Assembly: GCA_964528825.1 (NCBI GenBank) | Contig: CAZGVB010000001.1 | Coordinates: 14,044 to 78,043, forward strand | Reading direction: 5' to 3' | Length of the DNA stretch: 64,000 nt | Source of the DNA: an uncultured Parasporobacterium sp. | Lineage (GTDB): Bacteria > Bacillota > Clostridia > Lachnospirales > Lachnospiraceae | Shown here: piece after piece, positions 27,372 through 38,322 of the stretch | Position numbering within the stretch: position 1 is the stretch's first letter | How the letters are laid out: the number at the start of each line of letters is the position of its first letter | Translations under genes and position numbers: made by a program | Notes under the pieces: generated by a model | Database searches by the model: none | What the model was told of the DNA's origin: nothing | The model's input: only the letters and a program-made list of their open reading frames with translations

Positions 27372-29684
27372 TTATATCTTTTTCAGTTTTGCAAAAGATG
27401 CAAACATTTTTTTGATACCGAATTTATCAAAATCAACGGTGACCTCATAATCTCTTCCCCCTTGATCGATCTTGGTCACTACTCCTTCTCCGAATTTGAT
27501 ATGCTTTACCCTATCACCTTCTGAATAATCAAGCGTTTGCGATGTCTGATTAACTGGGAATTGCTTCTTTTCTTGCATAGCATAAGGCTTGGAGGATAGA
27601 AAAGATGCGGGCTGTGATAAATCGTTTCCTTTGGAATGTACACTTCCGCTTTTTGTACTTCCTGCAGATGAAAAGAATCCCGCATATGGCTTGGCATGAA
27701 ATACATCTGTTCCGGAATACACATCTATCTTCTTAGAAGGAGCAATATATGTATTATCCCTATCATATTCCAATAGTGACTTCGGTATTTCCTTTACATA
27801 TCTTGAAATATCGGAAACTATCGTCTCGCCGCGTACCATTCTGCTCTTTGCTGCAGTTATTATCAGATTTTTTTCTGCCCTTGTTATAGCAACATAAGCC
27901 AATCTTCTCTCTTCTTCAAGATCAGAAGGATCATCAGAGCAGACTGCTGCATTCATTGGAAAGAGGCCGTCCTCCATACCGCACAAAAAAACGGTTGGAA
28001 ATTCGAGACCCTTTGCAGAATGCACAGTGATCAGGGAGACATATTCATCATCTGCATCCCATGAATCGATATCTGCTATAAGGGATATTTCTTCCAGAAA
28101 TCCTCCAAGTGTCGGATTGTCTGTATTTTCATCATATGATGCTGCTTTGTTTACAAACTCGTCAATATTCTCTATCCTGGACTTTGATTCATCTGTGCCT
28201 TCGGCAACAAGCTCATTCATGTATCCGGTTCGGTCGAGAAGTTCATTTATAAGCTCTTTGACTGACATATCTTGTGATGAGACAGCAAGATAATCTATAA
28301 GAGTCATAAAATTGCTGAGTTTTTCAGATGACCTGCCATATATGCCCTCGTCAATACCACTGCACAGAGCTGAGTAAAAATTGATATTTCTGTCATCAGC
28401 AACTGCTTGTATCATATTTACAGCTGTTGCACCTATTCCTCTTTTCGGAACATTTATTATCCTTCTTACTGCTATATCATCTCTTGCATTATTGATCGTT
28501 TTAAGATAAGCGATAATATCTTTTATCTCTTTGCGCTGATAAAAATTAACACCGCCTACTATCTTATATGGTATATTTTGTCTTAAAAAGGATTCCTCAA
28601 GAGCTCTGGACTGCGCATTGGTCCTGTACAGGCATGCAAAATCATTCAGTTTGCTTCCGTCATGCATAAATGTTTTTATGGTTTTGGTGATCTTTTCCGC
28701 CTCAACATATGCATTATCTGCAAAAATGACTCTGATCTTTGAGCCTTCTTCATTTTCTGTCCAAAGTGTCTTTGTCTTGCGTTTTGTATTATTGCTTATC
28801 ACTGCATTGGCAGCGGCAAGTATATTTTTTGTTGATCTGTAATTCTGCTCGAGCCTGATAACTCTTGTACCCGGAAATGTTCTTTCAAAATTCAGGATAT
28901 TTTCGATATTCGCACCTCTGAATTTATATATACTTTGGTCGTCATCTCCGACAACACAGATATTTTTATATTTTGATGCCAACAAAGAGACCAAAACAAA
29001 CTGTGCGGTATTGGTATCCTGATATTCATCAATAGAAATATATTTGAACCTTTCCTGAAATCTTTCCAGAATCTCGGGCTCTTTTTTAAATAGTCTTACG
29101 GTCATGCCGATAAGATCGTCAAAATCAAGAGCATTGTTATTTTTTAATTCCTTTTGATAAGCTGCATAAACAAGGGCAACCTTTCTGTCGTAATAATCAC
29201 CCGAAGAATATTTTTCATAATCCTCGGCAGAAACTAATTCATTTTTTGCAGATGAGATCCTTGATAAGAGTGCTTTTTCCTTGAATTGCTTGGTATCAAT
29301 ATTAAGGTCCTTACATATTTTTTTGATAAGTGATTTTTGGTCGTCAGAATCATATATTGAAAAATTATCATCATATCCGAGCATGTGCCCATACATTCTG
29401 AGAATTCTCACACATGCTGAATGAAATGTGCATATCCATGCCCCTCCCGCAGACATTCCAAGCTGTGCATCAATGCGCTCTCTCATTTCGGCGGCAGCTT
29501 TATTTGTGAAGGTTATTGCAAGTATAGACTTCGGGTCAACACCTACTTCTTGGATCAGGTATCCTATTCTGTTGGTTATGACTCTTGTTTTTCCCGACCC
29601 TGCTCCGGCTAATATAAGCAGCGGCCCGTCAACATGAAGGACAGCCTCGCGCTGTCTTTCATTCAGATTATCGATTGATTTCAA
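27372..29684 (-). CDS. pcrA: ATP-dependent DNA helicase PcrA (UvrD family)
   Basis: Helicase motifs are present throughout: AGAGSGKTRV, ITFTNKAAAEM, DEYQDTN, VGDDDQSIYKFRGA, LEQNYRS, TVHSAKGLEF and YVAITRA. The C-terminus has a Tudor-like GDRVKHIKFGEG segment. Confidence 0.93.
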   Translation of the reverse strand: MKSIDNLNERQREAVLHVDGPLLILAGAGSGKTRVITNRIGYLIQEVGVDPKSILAITFTNKAAAEMRERIDAQLGMSAGGAWICTFHSACVRILRMYGHMLGYDDNFSIYDSDDQKSLIKKICKDLNIDTKQFKEKALLSRISSAKNELVSAEDYEKYSSGDYYDRKVALVYAAYQKELKNNNALDFDDLIGMTVRLFKKEPEILERFQERFKYISIDEYQDTNTAQFVLVSLLASKYKNICVVGDDDQSIYKFRGANIENILNFERTFPGTRVIRLEQNYRSTKNILAAANAVISNNTKRKTKTLWTENEEGSKIRVIFADNAYVEAEKITKTIKTFMHDGSKLNDFACLYRTNAQSRALEESFLRQNIPYKIVGGVNFYQRKEIKDIIAYLKTINNARDDIAVRRIINVPKRGIGATAVNMIQAVADDRNINFYSALCSGIDEGIYGRSSEKLSNFMTLIDYLAVSSQDMSVKELINELLDRTGYMNELVAEGTDESKSRIENIDEFVNKAASYDENTDNPTLGGFLEEISLIADIDSWDADDEYVSLITVHSAKGLEFPTVFLCGMEDGLFPMNAAVCSDDPSDLEEERRLAYVAITRAEKNLIITAAKSRMVRGETIVSDISRYVKEIPKSLLEYDRDNTYIAPSKKIDVYSGTDVFHAKPYAGFFSSAGSTKSGSVHSKGNDLSQPASFLSSKPYAMQEKKQFPVNQTSQTLDYSEGDRVKHIKFGEGVVTKIDQGGRDYEVTVDFDKFGIKKMFASFAKLKKI

Positions 29685-29846
29685 TTTTAATTTGTCCTTT
29701 TTTGTTATTGCAGATAATATCCGAGCGAATCTCTGCTGTCAGAATATAATAAATTTTTATCAATCAGTTCATATGCTGTTGATAAAATGTTCGAAAAAAA
29801 TCCCGGAAATTTTTGATCCTTATGTCGGTATGATACCTTTTTTTTC

Positions 29847-29875
29847 TTGAATTTTCAAGGTTGATAGGATAATAT
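29847..29875 (+). promoter_or_regulatory. Putative sigma-A promoter of mgtE
   Basis: TTGAAT (29847-29852), a 17-nt spacer, then TAATAT (29870-29875). This implies a leader of about 160 nt. Confidence 0.4.
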
Positions 29876-30042
29876 TAAGGCATAATATTTGAACAGGAAA
29901 AAAACAATATAAAGCTGACCGGAATATATTTATCACTTGCTTTGCATTTAATGTATGACGGTCAGTTATATGTTGCTTTAAAATGCTTATAAGATATAAA
30001 GCGATTCAATTAAAAAAATCTAAATAAAAAGGAGGCAGGACA

Positions 30043-31443
30043 ATGGAAGACCGCGTTAATCTTGATTTTGATGAACTGCAGGATAAGATTCTCGACATGC
30101 TCGAAAACAAAAAATATTCTTCCATAAGGAACATTTTCCTTGAAATGAACCCGGCTGATATAGCTGAGCTTATGAATGAGCTGCCTTTGAACAAGCTGCC
30201 TCTGCTCTATCGTATACTTCCAAAAGAATTGGCGGCAGAAACATTCGTTGAAATGGACTCCGACGTCCAAACGCATCTTATTACCAGCTTTTCCGACAGC
30301 GAACTTCGTGATGTTCTTGACGAGATATATCTTGATGATACCGTAGATATTATCGAGGAAATGCCGGCAAATGTTGTGAAGCGTATCTTAGCTAATTCAG
30401 ACGCAGATACAAGAGCAATGATAAATAAGATCCTTCAATATCCTGATGATTCCGCCGGAAGCATCATGACTGTGGAGTATGTCAGCCTGCGGAAAAATAT
30501 GACCGTAGATGAGGCTATAACAAGGATCAGACGTACCGGCGTTGACAAGGAAACAATATATACCTGCTATGTGACAGATTATAATCGTACTCTTCTGGGT
30601 GTAATAACCGCAAAAACGCTTCTCCTATCCGAATCTGACGTATTGATCGGAGACATAATGGAGACAAATGTTATAACAGTGCATACGCATACCGATAAAG
30701 AGGATGTAGCGCAAATGTTCAGCAGATACGACTTTATGGTTATGCCGGTTGTTGATGACGAGGGAAGGCTTGTAGGCATTGTTACCGTAGACGACGCTAT
30801 GGATGTAATGGAAGAAGAGGCAACAGAGGATATCGAAAAGATGGCCGCTATTACTCCCGGCGATAAGCCATATCTCCAGACGGGGGTATTTGAGACATAC
30901 AAGCACCGTATTCCATGGCTTATGCTGTTGATGATATCTGCCACATTTACATCTCTTATAATCACTAAATTCGAAGATGCTCTTTCTGTATCTATAGTTT
31001 TGTCGGCATGCATACCGATGCTGATGGATACAGGCGGCAATTGCGGCGGCCAGGCATCCGTAACCATCATAAGAGCATTGTCACTCGGTGATATAGAATT
31101 TAAAAATATATTCAGGGTTTTATGGAAGGAATTCAGAGTCGGCATAATCTGCGGATTGTCCTTAGCCGCCGTGAATTTTTTAAAGATGTTTTTGTTTGGT
31201 GTATTCGGATGGTCGGATCTGAGTCTTTCACCGACGAATATACTTATAATGTTTGTTGTGTCGATATCGCTTTTCTTCTCGGTCATTGTAGCAAAGTTGA
31301 TCGGATGTATACTTCCGCTGGTTGCTGAAAAAGTCGGATTCGACCCGGCAGTTATGTCTCAGCCCTTTATTACAACGATCGTTGATGCTCTGTCCTTATT
31401 GATATATTCAGGCTTGGCGCTTGCGATACTCAATTTGGCATGA
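30043..31443 (+). CDS. mgtE: Magnesium transporter MgtE
   Basis: It has the MgtE N-domain, tandem CBS domains and a C-terminal five-TM domain with PMLMDTGGNCGGQAS. An AAGGAGG RBS precedes it. Confidence 0.93.
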   Translation: MEDRVNLDFDELQDKILDMLENKKYSSIRNIFLEMNPADIAELMNELPLNKLPLLYRILPKELAAETFVEMDSDVQTHLITSFSDSELRDVLDEIYLDDTVDIIEEMPANVVKRILANSDADTRAMINKILQYPDDSAGSIMTVEYVSLRKNMTVDEAITRIRRTGVDKETIYTCYVTDYNRTLLGVITAKTLLLSESDVLIGDIMETNVITVHTHTDKEDVAQMFSRYDFMVMPVVDDEGRLVGIVTVDDAMDVMEEEATEDIEKMAAITPGDKPYLQTGVFETYKHRIPWLMLLMISATFTSLIITKFEDALSVSIVLSACIPMLMDTGGNCGGQASVTIIRALSLGDIEFKNIFRVLWKEFRVGIICGLSLAAVNFLKMFLFGVFGWSDLSLSPTNILIMFVVSISLFFSVIVAKLIGCILPLVAEKVGFDPAVMSQPFITTIVDALSLLIYSGLALAILNLA

Positions 31444-31493
31444 CATTTTGTCATATACGATAAAACCGAAATATAACGCATTCGGAGAAACCT

Positions 31494-32450
31494 ATGAAAA
31501 AAAAGAAGCTGCTTATTCCGTTATCAATTCTTGCCGGAACTACGGCCTTGGCCGCCGGTTCGGTTGTTGTTCTCGGAGAGACATTTTACAATATCGCACT
31601 TAAAAATCGAAAAAACCGTCCGTCTATGAGCGTACTTGCAAAAGATAAGACCACACCTCTTATCCTACAGGGTGATACTCGAAGAGAATGGTGTGACGAA
31701 GTAGGCGCAAAAGATATTGCGATAAAATCCTTTGACGGATATTGGCTTCATTCATATATAGCGGAAAATCCCGGTCATACAGATAAATTTGCCATAATAT
31801 GTCATGGCTATACGTCCAGAGCAAAGGAAATGGGATTTTATGCCGAAAAATTCTACAAAAAGGGCTTTTCTTGTCTGTTGCCTTCGGCCAGATGTCATGA
31901 TTCATCTGAGGGAAAATTCATCGATATGGGTTGGCTGCAAAGACTTGATCTCTTAAATTGGATAAGTTATCTAAATGAAGAATTCGGCAACCCTCAGATT
32001 GTATTGATGGGCGTATCTATGGGTGCGGCCGCTGTAATGATGGCTTCGGGCGAAAACCTGCCGCCAAATGTAAAATGTGCAATAGAAGATTGCGGCTATT
32101 CCTCTATAAAAGAACAATTCGAGCATACTTTGAAAAATATGGTCCAGATTCCGAAGCAGCCGATCATGTTTTCAGCTGATCTCGTAACATCCTGTAAGAC
32201 AGGAATACACCTAAACAGAGACGGATATTGTACCGAACAATTAAAAAAATGCAAGATACCGATGCTCTTTATTCACGGCACAAATGACAGATATGTGCCC
32301 TTCTGGATGCTTGATAAAAATTATGAAGCCCACCCGGGAATAAAAGAAAAGTTTGTTGTTACCGGAGGTTCTCATGCCTCCAATGCATGGCAAGGCGGAG
32401 ACGCATATTGGGACAAAGTGATGAGCTTCACAGAAAAATTTATAAAATAA
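31494..32450 (+). CDS. Membrane-anchored alpha/beta hydrolase
   Basis: It has an N-terminal TM/signal anchor, the HG oxyanion motif (IICHGY), the nucleophile elbow GVSMGA, and later IHGTNDRYVP and GGSH. Confidence 0.75.
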   Translation: MKKKKLLIPLSILAGTTALAAGSVVVLGETFYNIALKNRKNRPSMSVLAKDKTTPLILQGDTRREWCDEVGAKDIAIKSFDGYWLHSYIAENPGHTDKFAIICHGYTSRAKEMGFYAEKFYKKGFSCLLPSARCHDSSEGKFIDMGWLQRLDLLNWISYLNEEFGNPQIVLMGVSMGAAAVMMASGENLPPNVKCAIEDCGYSSIKEQFEHTLKNMVQIPKQPIMFSADLVTSCKTGIHLNRDGYCTEQLKKCKIPMLFIHGTNDRYVPFWMLDKNYEAHPGIKEKFVVTGGSHASNAWQGGDAYWDKVMSFTEKFIK

Positions 32451-32490
32451 TATGAACCAAATAATGTGATCTTCAGATCATACACACAAA

Positions 32491-32521
32491 AGGAGGCAAG
32501 CGAATATATCGCTTGCCTCCT
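32491..32521 (-). terminator. Rho-independent terminator after tsf
   Basis: AGGAGGCAAGCGA / TCGCTTGCCTCCT forms a perfect 13-bp stem with a 5-nt loop. The minus-strand RNA continues UUUUGUGUG. Confidence 0.8.
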
Positions 32522-32543
32522 GCTTGATTCAATCCATTTTGTC

Positions 32544-33455
32544 TTATTGCATCTGCTTTGCAACTTCTTCGGCAAAATTCTCCTGTTTCTTCTCAATACC
32601 TTCGCCTGTCTCGTAACGAATGAAGGACTTGATCTTGATATCGCCGACGCTCTTTAAATATTGAGCGACGCTCATGCTGGATTCCTTAACATATTCCTGA
32701 TCAAGGAGGCAAACTTCTTTAAGTTCCTTCTTGATACGGCCCTCAATGATCTTTTCTACTATATTGGCAGGCTTGCCCTTCAGAGAATCATCATTTGCAG
32801 CCTGAGTTGTGAGGATCTCTTTCTCATGTGCAAGGAATTCGGGATCAACTGTCTCATCACTTACATAACGAGGATTAAGAGCTGCGATCTGCATTGCAAC
32901 ATTCTTGATAGCCTCAATGTTCTTGTCTGTATCAGCTGCCTCAGCTTCAACAAGTACACCTATACGTCCGCCGCCGTGAATATATGAGATCAAGAGACCA
33001 TTTGATTCAATCTTAGCGAATCTTCTGATGCTGATATTCTCACCTATGGTTGCAACCATATTTACAACAGCCTCACGTACTGTCTTTGATGGATCGGAAA
33101 TCCATTTTTCTTCATTCAATCCTTCAAGATCTGATGCATCTGATGCGATTATCTGTTCTGTAACCTTTTCAACAAAATCGCGGAACTTATCATTCTTTGC
33201 AACGAAGTCTGTCTCTGAATTAACCTCAACTGCTACTCCCTTGCCATCCTTTACGGCAACATTAACAAGTCCCTCTGCTGCAATACGATTTGCCTTCTTA
33301 ACAGCCTGCGCCTCTCCTCTTTCTCTAAGAGCATCGACTGCCTTATCTATATCACCGTCACATTCAACAAGTGCGTTCTTACATGCTAAAACTCCTGCAC
33401 CTGTCAGTTCTCTAAGCTGCTTTACAAGCGCTGCAGTAATCTGTGCCATGGTCAT
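32544..33455 (-). CDS. tsf: Translation elongation factor Ts
   Basis: The N-terminal UBA-like segment ITAALVKQLRELTGAGVLACKNALVE is present and the protein is collinear with EF-Ts throughout. It lies downstream of rpsB. Confidence 0.95.
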   Translation of the reverse strand: MTMAQITAALVKQLRELTGAGVLACKNALVECDGDIDKAVDALRERGEAQAVKKANRIAAEGLVNVAVKDGKGVAVEVNSETDFVAKNDKFRDFVEKVTEQIIASDASDLEGLNEEKWISDPSKTVREAVVNMVATIGENISIRRFAKIESNGLLISYIHGGGRIGVLVEAEAADTDKNIEAIKNVAMQIAALNPRYVSDETVDPEFLAHEKEILTTQAANDDSLKGKPANIVEKIIEGRIKKELKEVCLLDQEYVKESSMSVAQYLKSVGDIKIKSFIRYETGEGIEKKQENFAEEVAKQMQ

Positions 33456-33470
33456 ATTCTCCTTTTATTA

Positions 33471-34235
33471 TTATTCTTCTTCGGATGCTGCTTCTTCGAT
33501 CGCTGCTTCCTCTTCGTTAACTTCCTCTGCAGCCTCTGCTTCCTCGTATGACTCGCCCTGGTTTGCCTCGATAACAGCATCAGCCATCTTACCTACGATA
33601 AGCTTTACTGCACGGATAGCATCATCATTTCCCGGGATAACATAATCAAGCTCATCCGGATCACAGTTTGTATCACATATACCGATAAGCGGAATATGAA
33701 GCTTGTGTGCCTCAGAAACACAGATCTTTTCCTTCTTAGGATCTACGATAAAGATAAGGTCAGGCAGTTTCTTCATTTCTTTGATACCGCCGATATTTTT
33801 CTCAAGCTTATCCCACTCCTTGCGAAGCTCAATGACTTCCTTCTTAGGAAGAACATCGAATGTACCATCCTCTGACATTCTTTCGATCTCTTTGAGTCTG
33901 TTTATTCTGCTCTGAATGGTCTTGAAATTGGTAAGCATACCGCCGAGCCATCTCTCATTAACATAGAACATACCGCATCTCTCTGCCTCTGATTTGATAG
34001 CATCCTGAGCCTGCTTCTTTGTACCTACGAAAAGAATAGTTCCGCCCTGTGCAGCAACATTTGCAACTGCATCAAATGCATCATCGATAAGGCCTACCGT
34101 CTTTTGAAGATCAATGATATAAATACCATTTCTCTCGGTATAAATGTACGGTGCCATTTTTGGACACCATCTTCTTGTCTGATGTCCGAAGTGTACGCCT
34201 GCCTCAAGCAGCTGCTTCATTGAAATAACGCTCAT
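33471..34235 (-). CDS. rpsB: 30S ribosomal protein S2
   Basis: [27 protein letters not shown]... is the canonical S2 N-terminus. The C-terminus is an acidic tail. Confidence 0.95.
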   Translation of the reverse strand: MSVISMKQLLEAGVHFGHQTRRWCPKMAPYIYTERNGIYIIDLQKTVGLIDDAFDAVANVAAQGGTILFVGTKKQAQDAIKSEAERCGMFYVNERWLGGMLTNFKTIQSRINRLKEIERMSEDGTFDVLPKKEVIELRKEWDKLEKNIGGIKEMKKLPDLIFIVDPKKEKICVSEAHKLHIPLIGICDTNCDPDELDYVIPGNDDAIRAVKLIVGKMADAVIEANQGESYEEAEAAEEVNEEEAAIEEAASEEE

Positions 34236-34345
34236 TAATTCTGTACCTCCATGGTTTTTTCTTCCGCATATCTTTCTTTTGATGGGACCATATCTCTATG
34301 GCACCTCCGCCAAAATGGACATGCGTGTTTTTTGCGCTGTCTGAT

Positions 34346-34374
34346 ATTATATGAAAACAGAATACGATTATCAA
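34346..34374 (-). promoter_or_regulatory. Putative sigma-A promoter of rpsB-tsf
   Basis: On the minus strand, TTGATA (34369-34374), a 17-nt spacer, then TATAAT (34346-34351). It lies about 110 nt upstream of the rpsB ATG. Confidence 0.55.
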
Positions 34375-34439
34375 GTGTTTTTATCGCATTTTCGTGTGAT
34401 TTCGCGTCATTTTTAAATAATTCTGTGTAAGCGAGACGT

Positions 34440-37241
34440 TTAACGCAGATCCCCTTTATCTACATCATTTAATTCTCCGCTTATCTTAGACAGATCCTCA
34501 CCCATTTTGGCCAATTCTTTACTTAGATTGTCCGGAATATTTTTTTTATTGGGTGTATGTATTTGAATATTCTCCACACTTTGTGCGCTTTCCGTATCAT
34601 TATCCATTGCTTTTGTGCTGTCTGTACACTTTTTGTCCGCACGCTTCTTCTCCGCAGGCTTTTTATCATGGTTTCCTGATGTAACAGCGGGCAGTCCCGA
34701 TCTGCTGTCAATCTTTGATATCCTGCATTTTGCATGCCTGTTCTTCTTGACCTTTTGTCTTCCGGCATATTTCTTTATCAAGCATATCAGTATAAAGATA
34801 ATGATTGATATTATGCTGATAACAATGGCTGCAGCAAATGACGGAGAATGATATTTTAATGTGATATCGTGAACTCCGCCATCAAGCTCTACCGTGATAA
34901 AAGCTCCCTTAAATGATGTATATTCTGTTCTGACTCCATCTACATAAAGCTCCCAGCCGCTGTAATATGGAACAGACGTATACATAAGTCCGCCGTCTCC
35001 CGCATCTATTGTGCCGGAAATATATGTATCCTCCATTATTGTTATATCAAGCATATTGGAGCCAAGTGTATTCATCACTTCATCAAGTACATCATAATCC
35101 ATCACTGCCGGATAAAGTGAAATACTCTCCACCTCTTCATCTTCTGAATTAACTGTTACCGTATCCCCCGTGACAACATCACCTATATATATGATCTGTT
35201 GATTTTCAAGCCCGGAATATGTCTCTTCCGATAATACCGTACCTTCTCTTGATATGACGACCTTGGCCGAATCGAGCTTGTCTTTGATATAAATATATCC
35301 TCTGCCTGTATCCTGAACAGCATAGGTTGTATATATACCGCTTTTCTCACTGTATATTTTAAAAAGGTTTTCGATGCCGACTGCGCTGCTTACGAATCTG
35401 TTCTGCATTGAAAACGGGTTATCCCCGGTTGTAGCGATATCGGATACCGAACTGTCAACCATGAATCCAAGTGAAAGGCTGTATTTGTTTTCATAAAGAT
35501 AATAACCGTTTTGCTGTGCGATGAGCGACATTAACCTATCGTCTACCTCTTCATTTGACAATTCATACTTTACACTTAACAATGCGCTTGTCAAAGGTGT
35601 ATGGCCGTAGTATGAAAAAGAATTTGTAGATGACTGCATTCCGAAAAAATCGTAAAAATCCGAGATACCTTCAAGTGTAGTGGAAGAAAATTCGGACGCT
35701 GATCTGTATCCGAGCCACGCTCCGTCGTTTTTTGTTCTCCTCTTTACTTTTTCTACTCTATAAAATTCATCGTCATTAATTTCTTCAAGCAGGCAAGTAT
35801 AATCATAATTATCTGTCATGTATGCCGTTCTGTCGGTGGTAGAATAGCCGGTGACAGATGTGTTTATCACAGATTCACCTACAATAATTACAAAAAGAGC
35901 TATCACGAGCAATGCCTTCGGTGCTCTTCCGGCTTTTTTCAACATCATCCATATAAAATACAAAGCGATGAAAGCAGCACTTATTGTCACCAATTTGATG
36001 GAATAATCTTCAGAATCAAAAAGAAGCTGAAGCGCATATACCGACATTATACCTACGGCTGATGTTATCGCGATCTCTCTATATGTATATCTTTCAGTCT
36101 CAAGAAGAGCCTCATAGCCCATACTGAGAACAAGAAATATATAGATAAAAGATTGTCTGGCAGATAAGCTGTTTGGAAAATGAAAGCCATGCCAGATATA
36201 TGTAAGAATGTTCATGGCAAAGCTAAACCAGAAAATAATAATAAGTGCAACCTTTCCGGTCTTTACACGCAAGCTGATCTTTTTTGACAGCATATATAGC
36301 GGTACAAGAATGAAAAGAGCCACTGTGCAGTATATATTCGGTATATATCCTTTCAATACGGTCGGCTCAACATTCATAATAGAATGAGATATCATTTCAA
36401 GTATATTGAAATAGAATTTAACCGTCGACGGAAAAGAGATATTGCCGGAGGCTGTCGAGGAAAGATTTACGAATGCCGGAACAATAGTCGCAGACGCCAT
36501 AAGGCCCGCTAAGACCGAATAAAGCGAAAACCTGCCGAGGCACCTGAAAAAATTATTTTTTACTTCTGTTCTCTGTTCACAAAGGATCAGATATATGAAA
36601 TATATCACAAGATATATGCATATCATGATCGCAATATAATAATTGGACAATATCGTTATTGCCAAAGTAACCGTATATAGAATTGTTCTTTTTTTCTTTA
36701 CGAGTCTTTCCAGTCCCAAGATCACAAGCGGAAATAGCACAAGCCCGTCAAGCCACATAAGATTCCAACTGTATGCAGCCATGTAAGATGACATAGCATA
36801 AAATATACCAAATCCCGCGGATAAAAGATTTTTCTTTCGTGTTCGTTCCTGAAGATAATAAGTGAAAAAAGCAGACATAAGACCGGCTTTTAAAATTATA
36901 AGCGCAGACATAAATTCCGGTATGTGATCTGTCGGAATAAGAGCCACAAGCCAATACAGGGGCGTAGCAAGATAGTATGCATATGTCCCGGGCAGATCCG
37001 TCCCGAGTCCTATGTTCCATGTATAAATGAGACTGCCGTCCCCTTTTAATATGCGTTGAAATTCTTTGAGAAATGTTGCATATTGGTGATACATATCGCT
37101 TCTGAGATACATTTCTTCACCGAATGGATAAATGCCTTTGAATGCATAAATACATATCAATGCGGCTATAGGTATGATAAATGCAATTATCACGGATATA
37201 TTTCTTGCAAAAAAATTTTTATTTTTACAGCCTCTGACCAT
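34440..37241 (-). CDS. YfhO-family polytopic membrane protein (glycosyl-transfer associated)
   Basis: A 933-aa ORF with many N-terminal TMs, a large extracytoplasmic domain, a late TM and a basic tail. The architecture and motifs are typical of YfhO. Confidence 0.7.
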   Translation of the reverse strand: MVRGCKNKNFFARNISVIIAFIIPIAALICIYAFKGIYPFGEEMYLRSDMYHQYATFLKEFQRILKGDGSLIYTWNIGLGTDLPGTYAYYLATPLYWLVALIPTDHIPEFMSALIILKAGLMSAFFTYYLQERTRKKNLLSAGFGIFYAMSSYMAAYSWNLMWLDGLVLFPLVILGLERLVKKKRTILYTVTLAITILSNYYIAIMICIYLVIYFIYLILCEQRTEVKNNFFRCLGRFSLYSVLAGLMASATIVPAFVNLSSTASGNISFPSTVKFYFNILEMISHSIMNVEPTVLKGYIPNIYCTVALFILVPLYMLSKKISLRVKTGKVALIIIFWFSFAMNILTYIWHGFHFPNSLSARQSFIYIFLVLSMGYEALLETERYTYREIAITSAVGIMSVYALQLLFDSEDYSIKLVTISAAFIALYFIWMMLKKAGRAPKALLVIALFVIIVGESVINTSVTGYSTTDRTAYMTDNYDYTCLLEEINDDEFYRVEKVKRRTKNDGAWLGYRSASEFSSTTLEGISDFYDFFGMQSSTNSFSYYGHTPLTSALLSVKYELSNEEVDDRLMSLIAQQNGYYLYENKYSLSLGFMVDSSVSDIATTGDNPFSMQNRFVSSAVGIENLFKIYSEKSGIYTTYAVQDTGRGYIYIKDKLDSAKVVISREGTVLSEETYSGLENQQIIYIGDVVTGDTVTVNSEDEEVESISLYPAVMDYDVLDEVMNTLGSNMLDITIMEDTYISGTIDAGDGGLMYTSVPYYSGWELYVDGVRTEYTSFKGAFITVELDGGVHDITLKYHSPSFAAAIVISIISIIIFILICLIKKYAGRQKVKKNRHAKCRISKIDSRSGLPAVTSGNHDKKPAEKKRADKKCTDSTKAMDNDTESAQSVENIQIHTPNKKNIPDNLSKELAKMGEDLSKISGELNDVDKGDLR

Positions 37242-37274
37242 AAAAACAATCCCTCCATGTTGATAAAAAGATCA

Positions 37275-38252
37275 TCAAAGATCCGGCACACTTATCGAAT
37301 CCCATATTTTATCATTAAATCTGAATTCTACTCTTTCGGCGATCTCATTGTAATATTCGTCAAATGCCGCCTGTCTGGCATTTGATAATACCTCATTATT
37401 GTTTGCTACGGATTCAGTGATCATATAATCTTCTATACATTGTATAACATAAATATGATCTGCGTTAACCACAGCCTCACTGAGTTCGCCGTCGACAAGA
37501 GCATATGCAACATTTTCAAACGCGTCCGAAATATCGCCTTTTTTCAGGACCTTATTCATTACTGGTTCCCAACCGAATGAGCTGCATGCTGTCTCAAAGC
37601 TTGTACCGCTCTTGATCTCACTTCTTAGTTCTTCTACTCTGTCAATTGAAACACTTGAAGGTATATCGACATAATTGATCTTTATAACCTTTGTGTCAGC
37701 CTCACTTATTTGCATGTTGATATTCTCAGAAAGTTTGTCATAGACCTTATTATATTGTGCCTCTTTGGTATATAAAGCTATTGCTGTTTCGAGAGTAATA
37801 TCATATTTTTCAAGATCATATTTTTCTTTTAGAGCATCGTATGCATCTGTCGCCTGAGTACGGATCTCGCTTATCTCATCTTCTGTGAGATAAAGCGCCA
37901 TTTCCGTTGATATAAGACTGCTCGCTGTTATCCTGAGTACCTTGTCCTTTGCACTGTCCTTGATATAGTCCTTGAGTGTTATATCTCCGATGCTCCTGTA
38001 CCAGAATATATCATCTTCATCGGCTTTGTAATATTCCTTTACCTGCATAAGATACATAATGGCCTCTGCAACAGAGCATTCCTCATCACCGAGTGTAAGC
38101 AGTGTTGAGGACGACATACTTCCCGCAAGCTTTATTTCCGAGCATCCGCACATGATAACGACCAAAGATATTACAGAAAGAGTCATCACTATTTTTCTTA
38201 AAAATGCTTTTTTATACATATTGAAACTTTTTTTTGAAAAAAATTTATACAT
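37275..38252 (-). CDS. Lipoprotein, PrsA/SurA-like chaperone or parvulin-type PPIase (tentative)
   Basis: It has a signal peptide with lipobox (IMCGC). A SurA-N-like helical region is followed by a parvulin-like segment. The true start may be the ATG at 38219. Confidence 0.5.
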   Translation of the reverse strand: MYKFFSKKSFNMYKKAFLRKIVMTLSVISLVVIMCGCSEIKLAGSMSSSTLLTLGDEECSVAEAIMYLMQVKEYYKADEDDIFWYRSIGDITLKDYIKDSAKDKVLRITASSLISTEMALYLTEDEISEIRTQATDAYDALKEKYDLEKYDITLETAIALYTKEAQYNKVYDKLSENINMQISEADTKVIKINYVDIPSSVSIDRVEELRSEIKSGTSFETACSSFGWEPVMNKVLKKGDISDAFENVAYALVDGELSEAVVNADHIYVIQCIEDYMITESVANNNEVLSNARQAAFDEYYNEIAERVEFRFNDKIWDSISVPDL

Positions 38253-38322
38253 TTCCCGCTTTAACCGTTGCTTTTGATAAAAAATTGTGATAAATTTCTC
38301 TTTGCCTTGTGCAAAGGCAGAT

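Noticed and set aside
29882-30042. M-box (ykoK) Mg2+ riboswitch upstream of mgtE.
   Set aside because: The conserved M-box core sequences could not be found by eye. The region is reported only as an unexplained long leader.
30579-31286. 235-aa ORF on the minus strand.
   Set aside because: It lies antisense within mgtE, whose identity is unambiguous, so it is a shadow frame.
33028-33645. 205-aa ORF on the plus strand, rich in Ser, Ala and Thr.
   Set aside because: It lies entirely antisense to the highly conserved tsf and rpsB genes. Its low-complexity composition is typical of a shadow ORF, and it has no RBS.
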